From Candidatus Izemoplasmatales bacterium (lineage in GTDB: Bacteria > Bacillota_I > Bacilli_A > Izemoplasmatales > Hujiaoplasmataceae), in assembly GCA_050177605.1 (NCBI GenBank), contig JBFXGX010000001.1, positions 111,059-175,058 on the forward strand: a stretch of 64,000 bases of DNA, given 5' to 3'. The stretch's first letter is position 1. Every line of letters starts with the position of its first letter. Made by a program: the position numbers and the translations under genes. Of this stretch, positions 40,229-50,675 are shown piece after piece. The notes under the pieces are model-generated. The model saw only the letters and a list, made by a program, of their open reading frames with translations, was not told where the DNA came from and did no database searches.

Positions 40229-41443
40229 TTAGATTGATTTATAATATTCATCTAACCAGTCAATTTCAATATCTGGCTTTTTATTGACAACTTTTTTCTT
40301 CGGTTCTTTACTTCTACGTTCAAACTCACTTTGAAGATGTTTGATATAATCCATCGCTAGTTCTACGCTTGTAATTTGATTTCTTTTCCAACCCATTCCT
40401 ACTTTTTCAAAGTACTCATAACTTGGTAGAATTCCATTTTTAATTTGATACGTATAGGCAAGTAAGACATTGACTACACCTTTATCTAGACCGATATCTT
40501 CAATTAATCTTTCCGCAATACGAAGGTCGCTTGTTGATACAAGTCCATCTCCAAGTTCTTTTAATAATTGATGTGGCGGAACCACTTTAAAATAACTTGT
40601 AGGGTCTTTTGGTAATTCTTCTGGCGTTTTCTTATAGTCTACAGATTCAATAAATTTTTCAACTTCATTCAATTCCTTATATTTATTTCTTGCTTCAACA
40701 GCGAGCGAACTAATTTTCACAACTTTCATTGTTTCATCAACGCTTCTTAATAAAGCAATTTTCATATCTAGTTCAGACAACCCGTAAACATAAGCTAAAT
40801 TACTAATCTTATCTTTGACGGCATGCGTGAGTAATTCCAAATCAAACTCTTTTGGAAGGCTTTCTTCAAACGTTCTAAAATCAAAATCAGGGTTCGTGAC
40901 TGACACCTGTTTCGTTCGTTTTTGACTAATTAAATTACGCTCTTTCTCATGGTTTTCCACTTTAATTGATTCAAAAACATCATCAAATGATTTAGAAATA
41001 ACGAGAAAATCGTTTCGGTTAACTCGTTTTGTCTTAAATACATCCATCACTTTTTTAAAACGATCTTTGGTGATGTTATGAATTAAATACTCCCCAAGTA
41101 CGCCATCATTGACAAATTGGCTGGCTGGAAGAGGCATTTTCATTTCATATAGGAACGAATCGTTTTGATAAAATGTATCCATTAATCCGATGGCTTCTAA
41201 TTTAAAACGATCGGTTTCGACAACACTGATTTTTTGATTGAGTAATGCTTCTAAATCCGAATGAAGATATTCTTTCGATGAAAGGTTTTGTCGATCAAGA
41301 AGTCCAATCAACGTACAATACAAAACAAACGCCCCTTGACCAATGATTGGTTGGTAAAAAAGCGTTAAAGTTTGGTAGTCTTGACTTGAAATAACAGCTT
41401 TCGAAAATACTTGAAAGCGGTCGCTTGAACGTAATCCTTCCAT
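40229..41443 (-). CDS. dnaB: Replication initiation/membrane attachment protein DnaB (Bacillus-type)
   Basis: LT.FYQPIIG..A..LY, LEAIGL, GVVNVLL.Y, W....ITSVE.A; directly upstream of dnaI. Confidence 0.9.
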   Translation of the reverse strand: MEGLRSSDRFQVFSKAVISSQDYQTLTLFYQPIIGQGAFVLYCTLIGLLDRQNLSSKEYLHSDLEALLNQKISVVETDRFKLEAIGLMDTFYQNDSFLYEMKMPLPASQFVNDGVLGEYLIHNITKDRFKKVMDVFKTKRVNRNDFLVISKSFDDVFESIKVENHEKERNLISQKRTKQVSVTNPDFDFRTFEESLPKEFDLELLTHAVKDKISNLAYVYGLSELDMKIALLRSVDETMKVVKISSLAVEARNKYKELNEVEKFIESVDYKKTPEELPKDPTSYFKVVPPHQLLKELGDGLVSTSDLRIAERLIEDIGLDKGVVNVLLAYTYQIKNGILPSYEYFEKVGMGWKRNQITSVELAMDYIKHLQSEFERRSKEPKKKVVNKKPDIEIDWLDEYYKSI

Positions 41444-41451
41444 ACTTCCCC

Positions 41452-41817
41452 CTAAGGATGTAATGCTACACCTTTAAACTTTAATAAACGATCAAATTCT
41501 TTATAGAATCGAACGGCGATTTTTTTTGGACGTCCAAATCCAATCGCGCTAAAAGTATTCACTTTAAAGTCGATCCCTGTTTCAATTGGTGTGACTTGTA
41601 CCATCGTTACGATTACTTCATAGCCATTCGAAATAAGATAAACCTCTCCGTGAGTCTCATTTACATCACGGATATCAAAATCTAATTCTTTCTCTAGTGA
41701 CTTTAAGGCTTCGAATGCTTGTTTGTAACTATTACGATAGTATCTTGTTCTTAGACTTGCATCAGAATGCAATTCTCTCGTTTCACATGTACTTGTAAAA
41801 AAACTTGCTAGTGACAT
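41452..41817 (-). CDS. Conserved hypothetical cytosolic protein (DUF1499-like, tentative)
   Basis: 121 aa, AGGAGG RBS; 'ETRE.H.D.SLRTRYY' resembles small Bacilli proteins; family from memory only. Confidence 0.6.
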   Translation of the reverse strand: MSLASFFTSTCETRELHSDASLRTRYYRNSYKQAFEALKSLEKELDFDIRDVNETHGEVYLISNGYEVIVTMVQVTPIETGIDFKVNTFSAIGFGRPKKIAVRFYKEFDRLLKFKGVALHP

Positions 41818-42419
41818 GTTGTACCTCCTGTGATTTCTTTTAAAATGGATAAATATTGACTATAGGTATGTTCTATAGATTCTGAGTTATCAATGACATA
41901 GTCAGATAACTTCCTTTTTTCTTCTAATGACATTTGAGAGGAAATCTTCCGATTCGCATATTCTAAAGAAATATGATCCCTCTTCATGAGTCGTTGAACT
42001 TCCGTTTCTGGTGAGGTATATACTGTAATTATCCGATCGCATAAACCTTCCATGTTCGCTTCAAACAGTAAAGGGATGGATAAAACGAGGTATGGGGTAT
42101 TGCGAAGTTTTTCAACTTCAATTCGTTCGTTCATCGCTTTGATGACTTCTGGATGAGTAATCTGATTTAATTTGCGCCTTTGGTCCTCATCCGAAAACAC
42201 AATCTGCCCCAATTTGTTAAAATCGATGAACGAGTCATGATCCTTGCAAGAAGGAAATGCTTCGATAATTTTATTATACAATACTTCTCCAACTTTAGAA
42301 AGTTCTTTATAGAGAATATCTGCATCTATCACAGGAATCGAATCTTTTAAAAACCATTCAGTAATTAAACTTTTACCGGAGGCAATCCCTCCTGTTAAAC
42401 CAATGACTAACAAGGCCAT
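41808..42419 (-). CDS. coaE: Dephospho-CoA kinase
   Basis: IGLTGGIASGKS, IDAD, LN.ITHP, IPLLFE, RL.KRD, SQM; TGATG overlap with mutM. Confidence 0.95.
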   Translation of the reverse strand: MALLVIGLTGGIASGKSLITEWFLKDSIPVIDADILYKELSKVGEVLYNKIIEAFPSCKDHDSFIDFNKLGQIVFSDEDQRRKLNQITHPEVIKAMNERIEVEKLRNTPYLVLSIPLLFEANMEGLCDRIITVYTSPETEVQRLMKRDHISLEYANRKISSQMSLEEKRKLSDYVIDNSESIEHTYSQYLSILKEITGGTTCH

Positions 42420-43240
42420 CACTTCCTTTGACATTGAGGACAATAATAGGTGCCTCTTCCTCCAACTCTTGTTTTAAGAATCATCGAACCGCATATTTTA
42501 CAAGGTTCATCTTTTCTCATATGAACGTATAATTCGTTTTGAAACCTGCCTGTAACTCCTAGACTGGAGGTATAACTTCTTATCGTTGAACCACCTAACA
42601 GAACGGCATGTTCTAAAACAATCTTGGCATTTTTTACGATTTCTTTGATTTCTTTTGGTTTTAAGCTACTGGCCAGCTTTTCGGGATATATCTTGGAAAG
42701 AAATAAGACTTCATCAACATAAATATTTCCAAGTCCAGCCACATTCTTTTGATCTAGCAATACCGTTTTTATTGCACGATTTGTTTTACCAATTTTCTTT
42801 TTTAAGTACTCGTAAGTAAATCCTTCTTCAAAAGGTTCAAGGCCAATGGTTAATAAACCTGAAGTCGTCTCTTCAAATTCATTAAGAAGTTCCATTGTTC
42901 CAAACTTTCTTGTATCGTGATACCTTAGTGTTGTATGATCATCCAAATAAAATAAAAGATGTTCGTGTTTTTCTACTTCACTTGTTTCTGGTTTGATAAA
43001 GAATTTACCTTCCATTCTTAAGTGACTAATGAGTTTCATATCACCTATATAAAAGATTAAGTATTTACCATATCGACCAATCTTTAGTATTTTTTTTCCT
43101 CTCAAAAGTGAGTCAAACTCTTCTTTCGTTTTATTGACTAACATTTTATCATAAAAGACAACTGTTTTTACAATCGATTTTCCAACCAAAATATTTTCAA
43201 GTGTTCGCCGAACGGTTTCAACCTCTGGTAACTCTGGCAT
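42419..43240 (-). CDS. mutM: Formamidopyrimidine-DNA glycosylase
   Basis: MPELPEVE, HLRMEG, D.RKFG, GLGNIY.DE, C-terminal Zn finger. Confidence 0.97.
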   Translation of the reverse strand: MPELPEVETVRRTLENILVGKSIVKTVVFYDKMLVNKTKEEFDSLLRGKKILKIGRYGKYLIFYIGDMKLISHLRMEGKFFIKPETSEVEKHEHLLFYLDDHTTLRYHDTRKFGTMELLNEFEETTSGLLTIGLEPFEEGFTYEYLKKKIGKTNRAIKTVLLDQKNVAGLGNIYVDEVLFLSKIYPEKLASSLKPKEIKEIVKNAKIVLEHAVLLGGSTIRSYTSSLGVTGRFQNELYVHMRKDEPCKICGSMILKTRVGGRGTYYCPQCQRK

Positions 43241-45871
43241 TTACTTCACCTCAAATAGGTTTTCACCAAAACTAGACTCAATAATAAGCGGCACTGAGAA
43301 AGGAACTGCATGTTCCATTTTGTCGTGAATTAAAGCTTCCATATATTCTTTTTCATCTTGATGAATCGAAAATACGAGTTCATCATGGATTTGAAGTAAC
43401 ATTTTTGACTTAACGTGATGCATCTTCATTTCATGATAAATATCGACCATCGCTATTTTTAATATATCTGCAGCACTACCTTGAATCGGTGCATTCATTG
43501 CCATTCTTTTTCCAAATTCTCGCATTTGGTAATTACTAGATGAAGCTTCAGGAATATATCTTCTGCGTTGGAAAAGGGTTTGCACATAGCCCTTTGTTTG
43601 TGCATCACTGATTGACGAGTCCATAAATGTTTTAATTTCTGGATAGTTTTCAAAATAATTAGCGATAAACTTCTCTGCTTGTTTTGGCGATATATGTAAA
43701 TCTTCAGATAATCCCCAAGCAGTTTTTCCATAAATAATCCCAAAGTTTATCGCCTTTGCTTGGCGACGCATCAATGGCGTAATATCTTCAGTCTTAAAGA
43801 TGAGTTTCGCTGTTGAAGTATGAATATCTTCGCCTTGATTAAATGCTTCTTTTAATTCAGCTACATTCGCCATTTCAGCTAATACTCTTAATTCAATTTG
43901 TGAATAATCACAGGAATAAAGTAAATATCCCGGCTCGCTCACAAAAACTTTTCTTAAAGACTTGCCTTCTTCTGTCTTAATTGGAATATTTTGAAGATTG
44001 GGCTCAATTGATGAAAGCCTTCCAGTTTGCGTTGCGGCTTGTTTATAAATCGTATGAATCTTGCCATCATTTTTTATGGTTAGTGCATTCTTTAAGCCTT
44101 CATAATATGTTGAATACAATTTCGTTAATGAACGGTATTCCATAATCGATGGAATGATTGGATGAAAAGCTTCAAGTTGTTTTAAAACGGAGACATCAGT
44201 AGAATATCCTGACTTTGTCTTTTTAGAATAAGGTAACATGAGCGTTTCAAATAGAATGGTTCCAAGTTGTTTTGGACTATTGATATTAAATTCTTCTCCT
44301 GCCAAATCATAAATTAATTTTTCAAGGTCTTTGATTCTATGGTCTAAATCAGCACCTATCTCAGATAGTTTTTCGCTATCAACATGAATACCCTCAAATT
44401 CCATTTCAGCCAGACATTCACTTAATGGTAATTCAATTTTATTTAACAACGTTAATTGATCAAATTCCTTATTCTTTTCTAGCAATTCTTTCCTTAAGGA
44501 AAAAATAGCTTTTGCTTTTTTCGCAATATGTTCTTCAAGGATAAGTTTGTCTTCAGGCACACTAAATTTGACACCTTTAGAATAAATTTCTTCATCGTAA
44601 GTTACTTCATCATAATCAAAGGATGAAACGATTACTTTAAAATCTTCTTTGGTGAGGTTAGGATTAATTAAATACGCCGCTAGTAATAAGTCAAAAGTAA
44701 TACCTTCACAAGTAATTCCATCCCAAAGTAAGGAGACTTTCATTTGTTTATAATCAAAAGTATATTTTGTATAAAGTGGAGAAGCTAGCCAATCCGTAAA
44801 TACTTTCGATGAAATCGCAAAATCATAATTTAAGAAATAAACGCCTTGATAACTTGCCAGTCCAAAACCTAAGCGTTCGCTCGTGTGATAATTCGTACCA
44901 AAGGTTTCTAGATGAACGCTCATCTCCTTTTGAATGATACCTTTCAACTGTTCATCAGAAGTAATTAAAGTATACTCAAAACGAGAGGATTCTCTCACCC
45001 TCGCTGGTTTTTCTAATCTTTTCAAGAATTGATGGAATTCCATCTTTTGATAGAAGTTTTTCACTTTCTCATATTCATATCCACGGTACTCTAAATTGTT
45101 TATATCGATGAGATTATCAAAATCAGTTGAGATGGTAGCTAGTTCTTTTGAAAATAAGGCGACCTCTTTACCTTCTTCAATACGTTCCTTCAGTTTTCCT
45201 TTTAAATCTTCCGTATGGGCAAGTACATTCTCAAGGGTTTGGTAATCACTTAACAATTTTTGTGCTGTTTTATCGCCAATCCCTTTGATTCCTGGAATGT
45301 TGTCAGATGGATCACCCACAAGTCCTTTGTAGTCTCGAACTTGATCTGGTCTGATTCCAAGTTTTTCCATCATATAACCCGGAGTAAATATCTCAACTTC
45401 AGAGAATCCTTTCCGAGATACAAGTTGTTTTACATTGTTATCTAAAAGTTGCATTAAATCATGATCATTACTTATAATCAATACTTCATCGAATTCTTCT
45501 TTAAAATGTGTTGCACAAAATCCGATAATATCATCAGCTTCATATCTCTCTTGTGAATAATAAGGAATACCTGCAGCATCAAAATATTCAGCCATAATTG
45601 GAAATTGACTGATAAGTTCCGAAGGCGTCTCTTTACGTGTACCTTTATACTCTTCAAACAATTCATGTCGGTGGGTTTTCCCTTTTGGGTCTAGCGCCAC
45701 TAGTAAATGGGTAAAATCCATTTTCAAAACTGCTTGCATCGAGTTGACTAATCCATAGATTCCATTGGTATAAACTCCATTTGAGTTCTGCATTAAATTG
45801 CCCATAGCAGCCGTAGCGTAATAAGCTCTAAAAAGCATGTTCGAACCATCGATAAGTATTAGTTTTTTCAT
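43241..45871 (-). CDS. polA: DNA polymerase I
   Basis: LIDG..M.FRAYYA, EADD, GD.SDNIPG, TGRLSS..PNLQNIP, DYSQIELR, NFGIIYG, QIHDEL; start at ATG 45871. Confidence 0.97.
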   Translation of the reverse strand: MKKLILIDGSNMLFRAYYATAAMGNLMQNSNGVYTNGIYGLVNSMQAVLKMDFTHLLVALDPKGKTHRHELFEEYKGTRKETPSELISQFPIMAEYFDAAGIPYYSQERYEADDIIGFCATHFKEEFDEVLIISNDHDLMQLLDNNVKQLVSRKGFSEVEIFTPGYMMEKLGIRPDQVRDYKGLVGDPSDNIPGIKGIGDKTAQKLLSDYQTLENVLAHTEDLKGKLKERIEEGKEVALFSKELATISTDFDNLIDINNLEYRGYEYEKVKNFYQKMEFHQFLKRLEKPARVRESSRFEYTLITSDEQLKGIIQKEMSVHLETFGTNYHTSERLGFGLASYQGVYFLNYDFAISSKVFTDWLASPLYTKYTFDYKQMKVSLLWDGITCEGITFDLLLAAYLINPNLTKEDFKVIVSSFDYDEVTYDEEIYSKGVKFSVPEDKLILEEHIAKKAKAIFSLRKELLEKNKEFDQLTLLNKIELPLSECLAEMEFEGIHVDSEKLSEIGADLDHRIKDLEKLIYDLAGEEFNINSPKQLGTILFETLMLPYSKKTKSGYSTDVSVLKQLEAFHPIIPSIMEYRSLTKLYSTYYEGLKNALTIKNDGKIHTIYKQAATQTGRLSSIEPNLQNIPIKTEEGKSLRKVFVSEPGYLLYSCDYSQIELRVLAEMANVAELKEAFNQGEDIHTSTAKLIFKTEDITPLMRRQAKAINFGIIYGKTAWGLSEDLHISPKQAEKFIANYFENYPEIKTFMDSSISDAQTKGYVQTLFQRRRYIPEASSSNYQMREFGKRMAMNAPIQGSAADILKIAMVDIYHEMKMHHVKSKMLLQIHDELVFSIHQDEKEYMEALIHDKMEHAVPFSVPLIIESSFGENLFEVK

Positions 45872-45945
45872 TCGCTCACCTCGTAACTTTTGTTTTATTT
45901 TACCATAGAAAAGAGAAAAATGCACAGGGTATGTGCATTTGACGT

Positions 45946-46704
45946 TTATTTATGAATAACTTTATTTTTTTCGTTAACTAGTAATAATCCTTTTAATATC
46001 AATTCTGTATCCACAACTACTTTTTCAGTTAACAGAGGATAGACAAGTTTTGCATGTCCTCCAGTTAAAACAACAGTTAAATCTGGTTTTAGCAATTGTT
46101 TTTTAATTCTTGAAATCATTCCATCAATTAGTGAAGCGTGTCCATAAACAAGACCAGATTTGATGGAATCTGTAGAGTTTGTCCCAAGTAGCTTTACAGG
46201 CGTAGAAAGTTCAACCTGTGGTAGCAGTGACGTTTTAGTAATTAGGGCATTTCTAGAGGTTGTTAGACCGGGAGAAATCGCAACACCTTTTAGATTAAGT
46301 TCTTCACAATAAGTAAAGGTGGTTGCGGTACCTAGATCAACGACGAGTACCGTTGGATTATAAAGTGACGTTGCGGCAACGACATTCGTAATTAAGTCAG
46401 TACCTACTTCTTTTGGATTATCAGTCACGACTCGTATTCCAGTTTTTACACCATATCCTAAAAAGATTGGTTTGATTGAAAATTGCTTTTCAAAATATTC
46501 TGAAAATACCTCATTTAGTTCTGGAACTACAGAAGAAATGACCGCTTGATCAATTCCTTTTAAAAACTGATTCAAAGTAATCGCATATTCATCTGCAGAT
46601 TTCGACTTTTCAGTATTCATTCGATATACAATATCAATTGTTTTTGGTTGATTTGAGACCCCTATCGCAATAGAGGTATTCCCAATATCAATTAATGCAA
46701 TCAT
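45946..46704 (-). CDS. coaX: Type III pantothenate kinase
   Basis: IDIGNT, SSVVP, NPKEVG.D, VDLGTATT, TGG. Confidence 0.93.
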   Translation of the reverse strand: MIALIDIGNTSIAIGVSNQPKTIDIVYRMNTEKSKSADEYAITLNQFLKGIDQAVISSVVPELNEVFSEYFEKQFSIKPIFLGYGVKTGIRVVTDNPKEVGTDLITNVVAATSLYNPTVLVVDLGTATTFTYCEELNLKGVAISPGLTTSRNALITKTSLLPQVELSTPVKLLGTNSTDSIKSGLVYGHASLIDGMISRIKKQLLKPDLTVVLTGGHAKLVYPLLTEKVVVDTELILKGLLLVNEKNKVIHK

Positions 46705-46706
46705 CG

Positions 46707-47372
46707 TTATTCACTCACTTTTTTTGGTTTATTCCATTTCAAATAGACCATTAAACGGTCACATACTATTGCGCCAATGGAAGCGGCAAGTAATGCTTCA
46801 ATTAAACTGTTGGATACTAATACACCTAGTATTAATTTTAATCCAGCGCTTAAAGTCGTTGTTCCTTGAATAAGTCCTAACACATCTGTTCCAACGATTG
46901 ATTGATAATTTGCATTCGCTAAAACGAGTGGGAATGTTGTTAATAACATCGGTAAGACAAGGATACTATGAAGCATTGATAATACAAAGAAACTAACAAT
47001 CAGAGCAACGATTTGTACTTTGATTAGTTTGTTGAAGAATAGGTAGATGTCATACACAAAGAGTCCAAATAAAAATCTTGGTAGAACGCTAACCCAAGGG
47101 AACACAAAAAGGAAATCGAAATTCGCACTCATTGCGCCACGAATCATCGATACTACTCCGAATGCTAGCCCAAGAATCATACCGTTTTTTCTACCAAGAA
47201 GAATTCCTCCGATAATGACAGGAATTGGAATGATGGTATAACTAACAACACCAATGGTAATGAATCCCAAAAATGGGACAAATGCCATGACGACAATAAT
47301 GGCGATAAACATCGCTAAAATTGTCATTTCTCTTACTTTTTCTTTATTGCTTTTTACTACTTTTGTTGCCAT
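46707..47372 (-). CDS. panT: ECF transporter S component, probably pantothenate (PanT)
   Basis: PFLGFI, T.I.IPVIIG, SVLPR; immediately upstream of coaX. Confidence 0.78.
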   Translation of the reverse strand: MATKVVKSNKEKVREMTILAMFIAIIVVMAFVPFLGFITIGVVSYTIIPIPVIIGGILLGRKNGMILGLAFGVVSMIRGAMSANFDFLFVFPWVSVLPRFLFGLFVYDIYLFFNKLIKVQIVALIVSFFVLSMLHSILVLPMLLTTFPLVLANANYQSIVGTDVLGLIQGTTTLSAGLKLILGVLVSNSLIEALLAASIGAIVCDRLMVYLKWNKPKKVSE

Positions 47373-47430
47373 AATTTTTTCCTTTCCAAGCCACATTTTG
47401 TGGTCTCATAAGATTTTATATTTTAAAAAG

Positions 47431-48495
47431 CTAAACGTTTGATTTAATCTCGTTTACCTTATTAAAATCAAGTTGTTTTAACATCGCAAGGATGACTTTT
47501 TTTACAGCTTCATAATCATCAGTGTGTATCATTGAAGTTGTAGAATGAATATATCTTGCAGGCATACCAATCGTACATACAAGTACACCATCTCTTGATA
47601 GTTGCACTTCTGCCGCATCCGTTCCGCCTAAAGATTTATAATATTGGAATGGGATATTTTCTTTTGTCGCTACTTCTTCGACAAATTTTTTCATACCTTG
47701 GTGCATAATTGCTCGAGGATCATAGAAACGAATCATAAATCCTTTTCCGAGTGTTCCACCAACTTCACTAGTTTCAAAAGTGTCAGAACATGGACTACAA
47801 TCTACCGCAATAAAGACATCCGGTTTGATCATGTATGATGATGTTTTCGCTCCACGAAGGCCGACTTCCTCTTGGACGTTCGCTCCAGCGACGAATTTAC
47901 ATGGTAATTCTTCTTTATTGATTGATTCAAGCAAATCAAGTGCCATTGCACTACCAAAGCGGTCATCCCAAGCTTTAGAAATGATTTTCTTTCCATCTTT
48001 CGTTACTGTGTAATTATTATGAAAAACGATTTGTTGACCAATTTTAATTCCAAGTTCGATTGCATGTTCTTTAGAATCTGCACCTATATCTAGTACAAAA
48101 TCATCAAAATCACTTACTTGTTTTGTTGTGTTATCTCTTAATAAATGAGGTGGCTTTGCTCCGACAACGCCAGGAACAAACGTTTCATCATCAATAACGA
48201 CATTCATATGTTGACTTAACATCACCGGTGGGTTGATTCCACCAATTGGAATCATCTTAATAAATCCTTTATCCGTGATGCCAACAACCATTGCACCCAC
48301 TTCATCCATATGTCCAGCCATCATCACGGTTGGACCAGTACTGTTTTCATTGACGATGCCAAAAATAGATCCCAGTTTATCTTGAACAACTCGTTCAGAT
48401 AACTTTTCTAAATGGTTTTTCATATAACGTCTTACTATATACTCATGGCTAGATACGCCAGGTAAGTTTACTAAATCACGATAAAATTGTTTCAT
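47431..48495 (-). CDS. M42 family aminopeptidase
   Basis: AGHMDEVG, KAWDDR, QEEVGLRGA, GGTDA, RYIHS. Confidence 0.94.
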   Translation of the reverse strand: MKQFYRDLVNLPGVSSHEYIVRRYMKNHLEKLSERVVQDKLGSIFGIVNENSTGPTVMMAGHMDEVGAMVVGITDKGFIKMIPIGGINPPVMLSQHMNVVIDDETFVPGVVGAKPPHLLRDNTTKQVSDFDDFVLDIGADSKEHAIELGIKIGQQIVFHNNYTVTKDGKKIISKAWDDRFGSAMALDLLESINKEELPCKFVAGANVQEEVGLRGAKTSSYMIKPDVFIAVDCSPCSDTFETSEVGGTLGKGFMIRFYDPRAIMHQGMKKFVEEVATKENIPFQYYKSLGGTDAAEVQLSRDGVLVCTIGMPARYIHSTTSMIHTDDYEAVKKVILAMLKQLDFNKVNEIKSNV

Positions 48496-48497
48496 AG

Positions 48498-49139
48498 TTA
48501 CTCCTTATCTAGTCTTGCTTTAAGAAAGAAAATTGGATTTCCCAAAGCCACAAATTTTTCTTCAAATTCAGTAGGTATGTTCCCTTCTGTCAAATGATAA
48601 TCCAAACTAATTTCATCCAAGAAATAATTGGGATGACGATGAAAACTCATCATCGAATAATCGAATAATCCAAAGTTATCTGTTTTCAACCTGACATCTC
48701 CATTATTTTTTAAAATATGGCGATATTGTTCTAGAAAACGCGCATGTGTTAATCTTCTTTTTTCCTGTCTTTTCTTTGGCCATGGATCTGAGAAGTTTAA
48801 ATAAATTTCTTCGACTTCGTTTTCGGCGAAAAACGAAGAGATATTCTGAGCATCTTTTTGGATAAATCTAACATTTGGTAAAGGTTGTTCGAGATATTTT
48901 TCTAAGCCGCGTATAACGACAGAATCATATTTCTCGATTCCTATAAAATTAATATGAGGGTAAGTCTTGCCCATTTCAATGATGAACTGACCTTTTCCAC
49001 AACCTATTTCAACATGGATAGGTTGCTCAACAGGAAAAACTGATTGCCAAGAACCATAAAATTCTTCAGGATTGGTTTTGACGACATCCGTATGCTCATT
49101 AATATAGTCTTTTGCGTATTTAATCTTTCTTAAACGCAT
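48498..49139 (-). CDS. trmB: tRNA (guanine-N7)-methyltransferase
   Basis: EIGCGKG, LNFSDPWPK.R.EKRRLT, KTDN, TEFE. Confidence 0.96.
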   Translation of the reverse strand: MRLRKIKYAKDYINEHTDVVKTNPEEFYGSWQSVFPVEQPIHVEIGCGKGQFIIEMGKTYPHINFIGIEKYDSVVIRGLEKYLEQPLPNVRFIQKDAQNISSFFAENEVEEIYLNFSDPWPKKRQEKRRLTHARFLEQYRHILKNNGDVRLKTDNFGLFDYSMMSFHRHPNYFLDEISLDYHLTEGNIPTEFEEKFVALGNPIFFLKARLDKE

Positions 49140-50495
49140 TTATTCGTTACCTGCTAGTTTCACAATGCATTCAGCATAAATCGCTGCAGCAGTAATCATA
49201 TCTTCAATAATTAAATACTCATTGGCTTGATGTGCTAAATCTTCTTTACCAGGCATGTTTGGTCCGAAAGCAACTGCTTTTTTAAGCGTTCTAGCATACG
49301 TACCTCCACCAATCGTTAATAATGGTGTCGTGGTGTCGCCAGTATATTTTTGATATGTTTGATATAATGTTTGAACAAGTGGATCATTTTTTGGAACATA
49401 ATGAGGTGTACTATTGTGATGCGCCACATATTTTAAACCATAGAGAGATGCCAAATTAGTCGCGTGCTCTTTCGCTTCTTCAAAAGGGAATCCTTTTGGA
49501 TAACGGATATTGTTTCCAATAAAAAATTGATTATTTTCATACTTGATTAACGCAAGATTAAGTGTTAAATCTTCCATCTCGTCATCATGATAATTCATGC
49601 CTAGTTTCTTTCCAGCTGTATCAAATACTAGGTAGTCGTGCATAAAATCTAGGAACTTCGCATGCGTTACTGAATATAAGAACTCAACCATTAAAAAGAT
49701 AGCATTCAGTCCTAAATGTGGCCAAGCTGCATGAGAATTTTTACCAAAGATTGTGTAAACATTGCCTTCAACTTTACCCTTATAATTATTTTTTTCTAAA
49801 TAAGCCAAAAATTCCTTGCTTACATCTCTTTTTAAGACGGCTTTGCATTCATCAGGAACTACATTGTATCTTTCACCTGCATGAATTGAATCAATTAACT
49901 CATTCGCTTCTTCTGAGATAAAATCAAAACTATAAATTCCTTTTTCTGCATAAATTAATGGAAAATCTGCATCAGGAGCAAATCCTAAATCAGGCATTTG
50001 TTCTTTTTCTAAATAACGACGAATACATCTCATTCCAGATTCTTCATCACAACCTAAAATAAGACGTACTTTTTTATTTAATTTAATATTTTGATCTTGT
50101 ACCATACGCATTGCAATATAAGCTGCCATCGTCGGTCCTTTGTCATCCATTGCTCCACGAGCAAAAATTTTTCCATTTTCTAAATAAGCACTAAAAGGAT
50201 CATGATTCCAGTTTCCACCGGTAGGCACGACATCCAAATGGCCAAGGATACCTAAAACTTCGTCTCCTTCTCCCATTTCAATATGTCCTGCGTAATGATC
50301 AATATCCTTCACTAAAAAACCATCTTTCTCGCCTAAAGCAAGCATATGGTCCAATGCCTTTCGAATTTCTTTTCCAAAAGGTTCCTCTAAATTTGATTCA
50401 TCAAATTTTTCTAAAAGTGTCGGAATCTTTAACAAGGCAGTTGTTTTTTCTACAAATTCATTTTCATATTTTTTCGCGATTTCTAACCAATTCAT
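49140..50495 (-). CDS. pepV: M20 dipeptidase PepV
   Basis: GHLDVVP, RGAMDDKGP, DEESG, PDADFP..AEKG, GGGTYAR, H..NE. Confidence 0.92.
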   Translation of the reverse strand: MNWLEIAKKYENEFVEKTTALLKIPTLLEKFDESNLEEPFGKEIRKALDHMLALGEKDGFLVKDIDHYAGHIEMGEGDEVLGILGHLDVVPTGGNWNHDPFSAYLENGKIFARGAMDDKGPTMAAYIAMRMVQDQNIKLNKKVRLILGCDEESGMRCIRRYLEKEQMPDLGFAPDADFPLIYAEKGIYSFDFISEEANELIDSIHAGERYNVVPDECKAVLKRDVSKEFLAYLEKNNYKGKVEGNVYTIFGKNSHAAWPHLGLNAIFLMVEFLYSVTHAKFLDFMHDYLVFDTAGKKLGMNYHDDEMEDLTLNLALIKYENNQFFIGNNIRYPKGFPFEEAKEHATNLASLYGLKYVAHHNSTPHYVPKNDPLVQTLYQTYQKYTGDTTTPLLTIGGGTYARTLKKAVAFGPNMPGKEDLAHQANEYLIIEDMITAAAIYAECIVKLAGNE

Positions 50496-50587
50496 TATAG
50501 TCACTCCTTAACACCCATTATTGTATCACAATAAAATTGTTTTGCCAATAAAAGCAATCAAGGAAATCGCGTTTTCTAGAGACACAA

Positions 50588-50662
50588 TTGACAATTCAAA
50601 TCTTTTTTGTATAATGTAGATAGGTCAAGTATTCGTTATATAGGGGAAATATAACCTTACTT
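50588..50662 (+). promoter_or_regulatory. Sigma-A promoter and downstream inverted repeat for the P1B ATPase
   Basis: TTGACA-N16-TATAAT (50588-50615); GTTATAT-AGGGGAA-ATATAAC inverted repeat (50635-50655). Confidence 0.7.
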
Positions 50663-50675
50663 TCAGAGGGATAAG

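Noticed and set aside
50620..50675. yybP-ykoY (Mn) or NiCo riboswitch upstream of the metal ATPase
   Set aside because: The leader is only about 55 nt and has AGGGGAA rather than the AGGGGAGUAGC core; too short for either fold
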